Below are positions 6,484 to 14,176 of a stretch of DNA of 14,176 nucleotides, in pieces. The notes beneath the pieces are model-generated. The model was not told the DNA's origin and ran no database searches. It worked only from the letters and a program-made list of their open reading frames with translations. The position numbers and the translations under genes are program-made. The first letter of the stretch is position 1. The number at the start of each line of letters is the position of its first letter. The stretch is taken from the NCBI GenBank assembly GCA_011364975.1, contig RDOE01000086.1:1-14176 (forward strand), given 5' to 3'. Origin of the DNA: Promethearchaeota archaeon. GTDB lineage: Archaea; Asgardarchaeota; Lokiarchaeia; Sigyniarchaeales; SOKP01.

Positions 6484-7995
6484 TTGAACGAGAATGATAA
6501 TTTATTACCATATAAAGATCATTTTTTATACAATATCTTAAATCCTAAAAGCATTGCCGTTTTTGGAGCAAATAATAATCTCCTTGAAACTATGGGTTCC
6601 ATGCAATTACGAAATATAATTGCTGGAGGAGGCTTAACTGGAAATATCTATCCTATTCATCCCCGTTTGGAAAATGTACAAGGAATCAAGGCCTATAAAT
6701 CTGTGTTGGATTTACCAATAACACCTGATCTAGCTTTTTTAATCTTACCAACTACTGCAGTTCCAACAGTTATGGAGGAGTGTGGTCAGAAAGGAGTTAA
6801 AAATTTACTAATTACGTCAGGAGGTTTTAGGGAAATAGGGTTGGAAGGTATAAAGTTATCACAACAAGTTGACTCAATAGCTAAGAAATATAAGATGCGA
6901 TTTATCGGACCTAATTGTCTTGGAATGTATAATGGCTGGTATAGATACCCCGATATAAAGAATGCATACCTCAATACATTATGGATGTATAAGACTCCTG
7001 AAAGAGGGAATATCTCAATTGTAAGTCAATCTGGTACTATTGCTACTCAATTATCTTGGTATGCTAACGATCTAGGGATTAAAATTGGAAAATCGATATC
7101 TGTGGGTAATGAAGCTAATATAGATATCACAGATTTTTTAGATTATTTTCAAAAAGATCCACTAACTGAAGTAATCGGGCTTTATATTGAAGAAATAAAA
7201 CGAGGAAAAGAATTTATAAGATTAGCAAAAGATATTGTTCCTCAAAAACCAATAATCGCGATCTATGCTGGAGGGACTGAAGCTTCAACACGGTCAATCA
7301 TGAGCCATACAGGTTCTATTGCAGGAAATCAAAGAATTTATGATTCTGTTTTTAAAGAAACAGGAATAATCCAAACAGATTCTATTTTAGACTTTCTTTA
7401 TCTTTTAAGGACTTTCTCTTTTGCACAAAAATATAATATCTACCCTGAGGGTAAAAAAGTGGCAATAATTAGTGATTCTGGGGGTGCAGGTTCTATGATG
7501 ACCAAATCTCTAGAATTAAACGGGTTAGAAGTTCCAGAATTTTCTAGGGAATTAAAATCCAAATTTTTAGACAAAATACCCTCAACAGCAAGTGCTAATA
7601 ATCCCATTGATGTTACATTCCATGACGATTTCTTTGGTCTAATTTATAAGTTTCCTGAGATTTTGATAAAGTCTGGCGAAATCAACAGTGTTATTGTCTA
7701 TGGTATTTATGATTTTGATGAGATAATAGAGATGGTCGAGACTTCTGGAATTAAAGTGGATGAATCATTTAAACAGATAAAAAATGTTATTCCTAGGACA
7801 GTTTTAAAACCCATCAAACGGTTAATGCAAAAATATTCCGTACCTGTATTTTATGTTGGACCTCTTCCTTATAGATTTACCTGGAATAGACTTATTATAG
7901 ATAACGAGATTCCTCTATTTTCTATGTGGGACCAACCTCCAAGATGCTTGGCTGCTCTAACAAACTATTCTTTAGTATATAAGAAAAAAGAATAA
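6484..7995 (+). CDS. acdA: ADP-forming acyl-CoA (acetate-CoA) synthetase alpha subunit, paralog 1
   Basis: CoA-binding LNPKSIAVFGA and YPIHP, ITSGGF, RFIGPNCLG, SQSG, SVGNE, phospho-His loop SHTGSIAG (His codon 7306-7308), SGGAG, NPID. No ATP-grasp domain. A TTG start is needed because the first ATG lies downstream of the conserved N-terminal motif. Confidence 0.88.
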   Translation: MNENDNLLPYKDHFLYNILNPKSIAVFGANNNLLETMGSMQLRNIIAGGGLTGNIYPIHPRLENVQGIKAYKSVLDLPITPDLAFLILPTTAVPTVMEECGQKGVKNLLITSGGFREIGLEGIKLSQQVDSIAKKYKMRFIGPNCLGMYNGWYRYPDIKNAYLNTLWMYKTPERGNISIVSQSGTIATQLSWYANDLGIKIGKSISVGNEANIDITDFLDYFQKDPLTEVIGLYIEEIKRGKEFIRLAKDIVPQKPIIAIYAGGTEASTRSIMSHTGSIAGNQRIYDSVFKETGIIQTDSILDFLYLLRTFSFAQKYNIYPEGKKVAIISDSGGAGSMMTKSLELNGLEVPEFSRELKSKFLDKIPSTASANNPIDVTFHDDFFGLIYKFPEILIKSGEINSVIVYGIYDFDEIIEMVETSGIKVDESFKQIKNVIPRTVLKPIKRLMQKYSVPVFYVGPLPYRFTWNRLIIDNEIPLFSMWDQPPRCLAALTNYSLVYKKKE

Positions 7996-8048
7996 GTAAA
8001 TAGAACAATTTATATAAAAAAATATCTTAATAAAAAAAGGTTTATCAA

Positions 8049-9575
8049 TTGGCAGATTTGGAACAAAATTATACCAAGGAACATTTCTTATATAAATTTT
8101 TAAATCCTTCAAGTATTTGTGTTTTCGGAGCAAATAATGAGTTTCTTTCGACAATGGGTGCTATGCAACTTCGAAATATAATTTTTGGAGGTTTTCCAAG
8201 AGATAAAATTTATCCTATCCATCCTAGATTAGATGAAATTCAAGGATTAAAAGCATATAAAGAGGTAAGAGATGTTCCTGAAATCCCTGATTTAGCTTTT
8301 ATAATATTACCTCCACATATAGTACCAAAGGTAATGGAAGAATGTGGAGAAAAGGGAATTAAAAGATTAATTATTACTTCTGGGGGATTCAAGGAAATAG
8401 GAGAAGATGGAATAAGTCTATCTAATCAAATAGACGCTATAGCCACAAAATATAATATGCGATTCATCGGTCCGAATTGTTTAGGGGTGTACAATGGATG
8501 GTTTGAAGGAATAATGGATAATTCAAAATTCAATACGATGTGGATTTATGAGACTCCAGAAAGAGGTAATATTTCTATTATTGCACAATCTGGTACAGTA
8601 GCTTCTCATCTATTTTGGTATTGTAATAAAATTGGTGTTAAAATTAGCAAATCTTTTTCAATCGGAAATGAAAATAATATTGATACCGTTGAATGTTTAG
8701 AATTTTTAGCAAATGATCCTGAAACTGACGTAATTGGGATTTATATTGAAGAAGTAAAGCGGGGTCAAAAATTTATAAATTTAGCCAAAATTATTTCAAG
8801 AACAAAACCTATCGTAGCAATTTATGCAGGTGGTTCTCAAGCAGCATTTAGATCAATTAAAGGACATACGGGTTCTATTGCTGGAGATGATAAAATTTAT
8901 AAAACTGTGTTTAAAGAAACAGGAATTATATCTACTTCTTCAATTAAAGAATTTTTATATTATTTACGAGCATTTTCATACGGAATAATACCAAAAGGGA
9001 AAAGGTTAGCTATTATTACTGATTCTGGAGGATGTGGTGCGATGATGGCAAAAGTAGCAGAACAATTAAATCTTGAGGTGCCCGAGTTTTCTGAAGAATT
9101 AAAAGCAAAATTATTACCTTATCTTCCTTCTGTTGCCAATATCGATAATCCATTAGATCTAACCTTTCAATTTAATCAATATAATCTCTATATAAAAATT
9201 CCTAAAACATTAATAAATTCTGGAGAGGTGGATGGAATTATCATTTATGCTGTTTTTGGATTTGAAGAAGTATTAGATGTTGTGAAAAAATCAGGTGGAA
9301 AATCTTATGATGAGTTTGATATATCTAATGATGTTATGAAAAATGTCTATTTAAAACCAATTCAAAAATTAGTCCATAAAAAAGCCATTCCTGTATTCTA
9401 TATTGGCCCACAAGGTTATGATAATCCATGGATTAGAGAATTTATTAACGATAATATACCAATTTTTGATCTATGGGATTTTCCAGTTAAGTGCTTTTCA
9501 ATTTTAGCAGATTATGCCTTATACCGTCAAAAGGTTAATAATCAAGTAAAAAATGAAGATATTTTAGATGCGTAA
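8049..9575 (+). CDS. acdA: ADP-forming acyl-CoA (acetate-CoA) synthetase alpha subunit, paralog 2
   Basis: Same motif set: LNPSSICVFGA, RFIGPNCLG, AQSG, SIGNE, GHTGSIAG (His codon 8865-8867), SGGCG, NPLD. Collinear with paralog 1. TTG start. Confidence 0.88.
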   Translation: MADLEQNYTKEHFLYKFLNPSSICVFGANNEFLSTMGAMQLRNIIFGGFPRDKIYPIHPRLDEIQGLKAYKEVRDVPEIPDLAFIILPPHIVPKVMEECGEKGIKRLIITSGGFKEIGEDGISLSNQIDAIATKYNMRFIGPNCLGVYNGWFEGIMDNSKFNTMWIYETPERGNISIIAQSGTVASHLFWYCNKIGVKISKSFSIGNENNIDTVECLEFLANDPETDVIGIYIEEVKRGQKFINLAKIISRTKPIVAIYAGGSQAAFRSIKGHTGSIAGDDKIYKTVFKETGIISTSSIKEFLYYLRAFSYGIIPKGKRLAIITDSGGCGAMMAKVAEQLNLEVPEFSEELKAKLLPYLPSVANIDNPLDLTFQFNQYNLYIKIPKTLINSGEVDGIIIYAVFGFEEVLDVVKKSGGKSYDEFDISNDVMKNVYLKPIQKLVHKKAIPVFYIGPQGYDNPWIREFINDNIPIFDLWDFPVKCFSILADYALYRQKVNNQVKNEDILDA

Positions 9576-9723
9576 AAAGGATTATAAAAAAACCATTTAC
9601 CTAAAAAAAAAAATTATTCTTTGATAAGTGAAGATTAAAATATATTTAATTTATTATTCTTCTGTTTTTAAGATATGGTTTGTAACTCTTAATTAAATAT
9701 AATTTATCATTGATTCTCGAATA

Positions 9724-11997
9724 TTGAACGATAAGGATACAAACACTCCGGACCAAAGTAAAACAGTGGATAATGAGAGATCTATTTATGATGCTCTAAA
9801 CACCATCGGAGACGTTATCAATGATATGATTACTATCGTAGATGAGCATATTAAAATAATATATGTAAACCAAGATGTTCATAAAAAGCAAGCTGGTTAT
9901 ACTGAAAATGATCTAATTGGGCAAAATGCCCTCGATTTTATTCATCCTGATGATAAAGATGCTGTAATTGCTCAATTTGAGAATGCTATACATTTAGGAG
10001 AGGGATTCATAGAGGCTAGGATTAGGAAAAAAGATCAAACTTACATGTGGACGCAAACTAAGGGGAAATCTTTTATTGATAAGGATGAAAAAATTAAAAT
10101 TTTGTTAATAACAAGAGATATAACTGAACATAAAACAATAGAACAGAAATTAAGAGATACTACTGAAAGATATAAGCATTTAGCAGATTCTTTAACTGAA
10201 GTAATTTTTGAACTTGATACTTCATTTAATTTAACTTATACTAATTCTATCGCCGCTATCAAATTTGGGTATTCTTATGAAGATTTTAAAAAAGGATTAA
10301 ATATTTATAACTTTTTGCATCCAGATGAGCTGAAAGACGCTCTTAATAATCTTAAACGTTTAAAAAGGGGTGAATCTGTAGATCCTTCAATCTTTCGATT
10401 AAAAAAGAAAGACGGATCGTATTTCTATGCTAATATTTATGCAACACCTGTATATAAAGAAGGAAAAGTAACTGGTATTAGAAGTATCGTACATGATATT
10501 TCTGAAATGATTGCGGCCCAGGAAAGAATAGAAGAATCAGAACAAAGATTTCGTACAATTGCGGAACAATCATTAATGGGTATTTGCATGATTCAGGAAG
10601 AGAAAATTATATATATCAATGAGGCTCTTGCTAATATTCTTGGTTATAACTCACAAGAACTATTAAAATGGGAACGAGGGAAATTTTTTGAAACTATTCA
10701 TCCTGATGATAAAAAAAGAATAATTTTAGCCGCTGTTGAAGCAATAAAAGATGAAGAAACAAATATAAGAAGCTATCAGGCACGAGGAATAAATAAAAAT
10801 GGAGAAATTATCTGGTTAGATATTTATTATAAAATTGTAACATATCAAAAAAAACCTACTTTCTTAATTTCATTTATAGATATTACTGAAAGAAAACAAG
10901 CAGAAGAAAAGTTAAAGGAATCAGAAGAGAAGTATCGTTTTCTATTTGAAAAATCTCCTTTTTTTATCCTCCTAATAAATAATCAAGGTAAGATCATCAA
11001 TTGTAACCCTGCATTAGAAACTTTAATCGGTTACAGGCAGGACGAGATAATTGGAAAACTTTTTTCCCAATTACCATCATTAGATAAAGATATTGTACCA
11101 GTTCTTTCAAAAAGGTTTAAAAAGATAATTAATGGTCAATCGTTACCTCCCATAGATATACAAGCAATAAAAAAAGATAAAACTCAAATTTGGATTAATA
11201 TTGAATCCTCTCTAATTAATTTAGGTGGTAATAAGTACAATTTGGTAATGGGGCATGATATTTCTAAGAAAAAAGAAGTAGAAGAAAAGCTAAAAGATTT
11301 GGACGAATTAAGAAAGGAATTCATAGATAGAGCTTCTCATGAATTAAAAACTCCTATTACTACTGTTTATGGTGCCTATCAATTATTAAATACTCTCTAT
11401 AGAGACAAATTCAGTGTTGATCAATTAGAAATTTTAGATTTAGCGTTTAGTGGAACCAAACGATTAAAAAAACTAGTTGATGATTTATTGGATGTTTCAA
11501 AAATTGAGTCTAAAATGTTATTACTAAACAAACAACGAACAAATTTAAGTATAATTGTTAAAAAATGCATGAAAGAATTGAGATATTTAAGCAACAGACG
11601 CAATCATAAAATAGAGTTAGATCTTCCCGAAGAACTTGAACTAAATATTGATCGCTCTAGAATTGAACTAGTTCTAACAAATTTGATATCTAATGCAATA
11701 AAGTATACTCCCATTGATGGAAGAATATCGATAAGTTTAGCAAAAAAGGATAACTATGTTGAATTAAAAATAGAAGATAATGGTATTGGTTTAGCAAATG
11801 AAGAGATTTCTCAACTTTTTAAGAAGTTTAGTAAAATTCAGAGTCCAATTGATAAAGAAATGGGATTAGATAGTAGTACTGGACTTGGATTGTACATTTC
11901 TAAAGAAATTATTGAACTTCACGATGGTAAAATCTGGGCAGAATCGAAAGGAAAAGGTAGGGGATCCACATTTATTGTAAATCTTCCTTTAAGTTAA
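9724..11997 (+). CDS. Soluble multi-PAS (4 PAS/PAC) sensor histidine kinase
   Basis: Four PAS-PAC units end in RDITE, HDISE, IDITE and HDISK, and three contain HPDD/E. H-box ASHELKTP, N-box NLISNAIKY, G1 EDNGIG, F-box LFKKF, G2 TGLGL. No TM helix. TTG start, exact position less certain. Confidence 0.93.
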   Translation: MNDKDTNTPDQSKTVDNERSIYDALNTIGDVINDMITIVDEHIKIIYVNQDVHKKQAGYTENDLIGQNALDFIHPDDKDAVIAQFENAIHLGEGFIEARIRKKDQTYMWTQTKGKSFIDKDEKIKILLITRDITEHKTIEQKLRDTTERYKHLADSLTEVIFELDTSFNLTYTNSIAAIKFGYSYEDFKKGLNIYNFLHPDELKDALNNLKRLKRGESVDPSIFRLKKKDGSYFYANIYATPVYKEGKVTGIRSIVHDISEMIAAQERIEESEQRFRTIAEQSLMGICMIQEEKIIYINEALANILGYNSQELLKWERGKFFETIHPDDKKRIILAAVEAIKDEETNIRSYQARGINKNGEIIWLDIYYKIVTYQKKPTFLISFIDITERKQAEEKLKESEEKYRFLFEKSPFFILLINNQGKIINCNPALETLIGYRQDEIIGKLFSQLPSLDKDIVPVLSKRFKKIINGQSLPPIDIQAIKKDKTQIWINIESSLINLGGNKYNLVMGHDISKKKEVEEKLKDLDELRKEFIDRASHELKTPITTVYGAYQLLNTLYRDKFSVDQLEILDLAFSGTKRLKKLVDDLLDVSKIESKMLLLNKQRTNLSIIVKKCMKELRYLSNRRNHKIELDLPEELELNIDRSRIELVLTNLISNAIKYTPIDGRISISLAKKDNYVELKIEDNGIGLANEEISQLFKKFSKIQSPIDKEMGLDSSTGLGLYISKEIIELHDGKIWAESKGKGRGSTFIVNLPLS

Positions 11998-12179
11998 AAA
12001 AAGAAATTTTGATAACACCTATTCAACTATAATATCCAAATTCTATAAAAACATTTTTTATTTATGTTTTCACTAGTTTTTTATATTTATTCTAATGTAA
12101 TATAATTAGAATTTTCTAAAAAAGCAATATCTATATTTAAGTCTTTTCTAGTGAATTAAAAATACATGAGATAAAAATA

Positions 12180-13181
12180 ATGACTCTTGAATTCTATGGT
12201 CCGCCATCTGCCATCTTAGCTTCGGGTACTAAGAAAGGAGTTGAGATCGGAGGTTCTAAATCAATTGTTAGCATTGATCATTTTCACAATTTCTATAATG
12301 AGGGAAATATCTATACAGAGATGTCTTGGGCCTCTTTTTATGAGGAGGAAGATCTTTCAGACCAAATAGATACGTTTACTACCACAGAATATGATTCAAT
12401 TAGGGAGGATCCAGAAGCATTAGTAGATGCCATTGTTAAAACTATCTATCAGATTATAAATAATCAAAAAATTTTCTATGGAATCGTTGATTTCGAAGTA
12501 GATGCATTTTTAGATGCAAACACCTCAGTTATACCTGGATTAAAGCTTGATTATGATGTTATAAATAACTTTTTAGAAGCTCATAAAAGATCTCGTGAAA
12601 GAGATTTGTTTCCTAAAATAATTATTGATAATAAAGGAATAAAAAAGATAAATGTCGTATTTCAAGGCACAAAGAAGAATAATATTCATATTACAGGTTC
12701 AAAGTTAGAAGACCTGATAAATAAGTTACGCTTAGCAAAGGGATTCGCAGTTGGGATTGTATGTACTTCAAGAAATGCAGCAAATCTTTACATTATAAGC
12801 GATAATATTGTATTTAGTAAAGATGAGCTTCCAGAGTTTTATATCGATGAAGAAAATATAAAAGTTATTGAATATGGAATTAAAAAGCGATTATTATTTC
12901 CGATAAGTTGGTTTAGGATTGATATTGGAATCAGAAGTTTAGAAACTTTAGAATTGTGGGAAAAAATTAAAGATAATCCAGAACTAAACAAAGCTTTAGG
13001 TCATTATGAACGATATATTAATGCTTTAGTTTACAAGAAATTCAAACCTGTAGCAGAATCTCAAAAAATAGGGATTAATCTTGAGGAAGACTTTTATAAT
13101 ATGACTCCTAAAGAACGAAAAAAGGCATTAAAAGATATGGAGAAGGCTATTGAGTTTCTTTCTCGCGAGTATAAAGACTAA
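12180..13181 (+). CDS. Hypothetical soluble protein, 333 aa
   Basis: Long ORF with ATG start and protein-like composition. No motif that I recognise. Confidence 0.85.
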   Translation: MTLEFYGPPSAILASGTKKGVEIGGSKSIVSIDHFHNFYNEGNIYTEMSWASFYEEEDLSDQIDTFTTTEYDSIREDPEALVDAIVKTIYQIINNQKIFYGIVDFEVDAFLDANTSVIPGLKLDYDVINNFLEAHKRSRERDLFPKIIIDNKGIKKINVVFQGTKKNNIHITGSKLEDLINKLRLAKGFAVGIVCTSRNAANLYIISDNIVFSKDELPEFYIDEENIKVIEYGIKKRLLFPISWFRIDIGIRSLETLELWEKIKDNPELNKALGHYERYINALVYKKFKPVAESQKIGINLEEDFYNMTPKERKKALKDMEKAIEFLSREYKD

Positions 13182-13186
13182 CTTTT

Positions 13187-13492
13187 TTAATCCTTAATTA
13201 TCTTTGGAGCTTTGAAAAATCCATCTTTGGTATGTTTAGCATTTTTAAGAGTCTCTTCATTGGAAAGAGATTTTGTTGGTATATCTTCCCGAAAAATATT
13301 TTTTAATCCCTCTATTGGATGCGTTAAAGGTTCAACATCTGTAGTTTCTAACTCATTTAGTTTGTTAAAATACTCAAGTATATCACCTAATTCTTGTGCT
13401 AATCTCTCTTTTTCTTCTTCGGTTAAATTAATAAGTGCTAATTTAGAGAGATAATCCAAATTTTCCTTCGAGAAATCATCCTTTTTGGCCAT
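13187..13492 (-). CDS. gatC: Asp-tRNA(Asn)/Glu-tRNA(Gln) amidotransferase subunit C
   Basis: GatC pattern LSKLALINLTEEE...L..ILEYF.KL.EL.T..VEP..HP...N.FRED...L.NA......FFKAPKI. Likely start is ATG at 13492, whereas the ORF track uses TTG at 13504. Confidence 0.92.
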   Translation of the reverse strand: MAKKDDFSKENLDYLSKLALINLTEEEKERLAQELGDILEYFNKLNELETTDVEPLTHPIEGLKNIFREDIPTKSLSNEETLKNAKHTKDGFFKAPKIIKD

Positions 13493-13616
13493 AATGTAAT
13501 TCAATTATTATGAAATAAAATCCTATAGTTATTAATAGTTGGATATAATTAAGTTTAATTAGAATTCTATAAAATATAAAAATAAGAAATATTAAAAAAG
13601 CCCAACTTTTAAGATT

Positions 13617-13970
13617 ATGAGTGAGAAACAAGATTTAAGATCAGAAATACCTACTCATGCCTATATTTCACTAGCACGAAGAGGTATGGAAAAGATTTCA
13701 TTAGATCAATGTTTTCTTAAAGATTGCGATAATCAAGATGTTAACCTTTTAGAGCCGTTTAAAAAGGAAGAATTTGAGGATGATAAGAAAATCATCAAAA
13801 AAATCTCTATTAGATGTAAAAAATGTAATAGAACTTTTATTTTAAAATTGGAAACTATAAAAAAAGTAGCCTATTCAACTCAAAAAAAGGATGAAGAACC
13901 GCTATCAATGGGCATAGTATACGCATTAGATGATAAGGACCATAACCTTGGACATATTGGATATTTTTAA
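13617..13970 (+). CDS. Hypothetical 117-aa zinc-ribbon protein
   Basis: The only four cysteines form C32-x4-C37...C67-x2-C70. A T7 tract follows at 13995-14001. Confidence 0.75.
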   Translation: MSEKQDLRSEIPTHAYISLARRGMEKISLDQCFLKDCDNQDVNLLEPFKKEEFEDDKKIIKKISIRCKKCNRTFILKLETIKKVAYSTQKKDEEPLSMGIVYALDDKDHNLGHIGYF

Positions 13971-14150
13971 GTTCGAAACAATTTAATTTCTGGATTTTTT
14001 TCCTATTTTCAGAACTAAAATTTTACATAATTATATATTGGTTTCAATAATTTTGAAAATGAGTGCTTATATAAACATTAAATTAAGAAGTAAAAATAAA
14101 TAATCAAACGGATTTTAATTTAATAGTAATACTTTTTATAGATTTGTAAG

Positions 14151-14176
14151 ATGACAACAAATTTTGAAGAAGAAGA
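14151..14176 (+). CDS. Probable start of a 3'-truncated CDS (MTTNFEEE...)
   Basis: ATG at 14151 after an AT-rich intergenic region, open to the window end. Too short to identify. Confidence 0.4.

Noticed and set aside
6786-8154. Minus-strand ORFs 6786-6974 and 7972-8154
   Set aside because: Antisense to or overlapping the ACD genes, with low-complexity AT-driven composition.
5239-9575. Split Pat/PatZ-type acetyltransferase (GNAT plus ACD-like domains)
   Set aside because: The GNAT is divergent and separated by dut, the ACD alphas keep their catalytic His, and no ATP-grasp domain is present.
9724-11280. Repeated nucleotide words (CATCCTGATGATAAA, GATAT(A/T)ACTGAA) in the kinase gene
   Set aside because: Explained by PAS/PAC domain repeats (HPDDK, DITE), not a DNA repeat array or CRISPR.
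11421-11603. 60-aa minus-strand ORF
   Set aside because: Antisense shadow within the histidine kinase.
13212-13454. 80-aa + strand ORF
   Set aside because: Antisense shadow of gatC.
14059-14103. 14-codon ORF MSAYINIKLRSKNK
   Set aside because: Chance-length ORF overlapping a likely TATA element (TTATATAA).

Overview
AT-rich (roughly 30% GC by eye) prokaryotic chromosomal segment, most likely archaeal. A Lokiarchaeia/Asgard origin is an inference from GGTGA-type Shine-Dalgarno sites, TATA-like boxes, oligo-T terminators, stand-alone ACD alpha subunits, a membrane protein with a cytoplasmic double zinc ribbon and a soluble multi-PAS kinase. Gene order: 5'-truncated membrane protein with zinc-ribbon tail (+); purE-rpiA-rpe (-); thiolase (+); dodecin (+); an unannotated 35-aa single-TM microprotein (+); GNAT-fold protein and TPR protein (-); dUTPase (+); two tandem paralogous ADP-forming acyl-CoA synthetase alpha subunits (+); 4xPAS histidine kinase (+); a 333-aa protein of unknown function (+); gatC (-); a 117-aa zinc-ribbon protein (+); and the start of a truncated ORF. 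I see no rRNA, tRNA, CRISPR array or mobile element, and no clearly self-contained novel system. The best leads are the missed microprotein, a dodecin lacking flavin-binding residues within a CoA-metabolism neighbourhood, the beta-less tandem ACD-alpha pair, the degenerate GNAT + TPR pair and two unassigned proteins.
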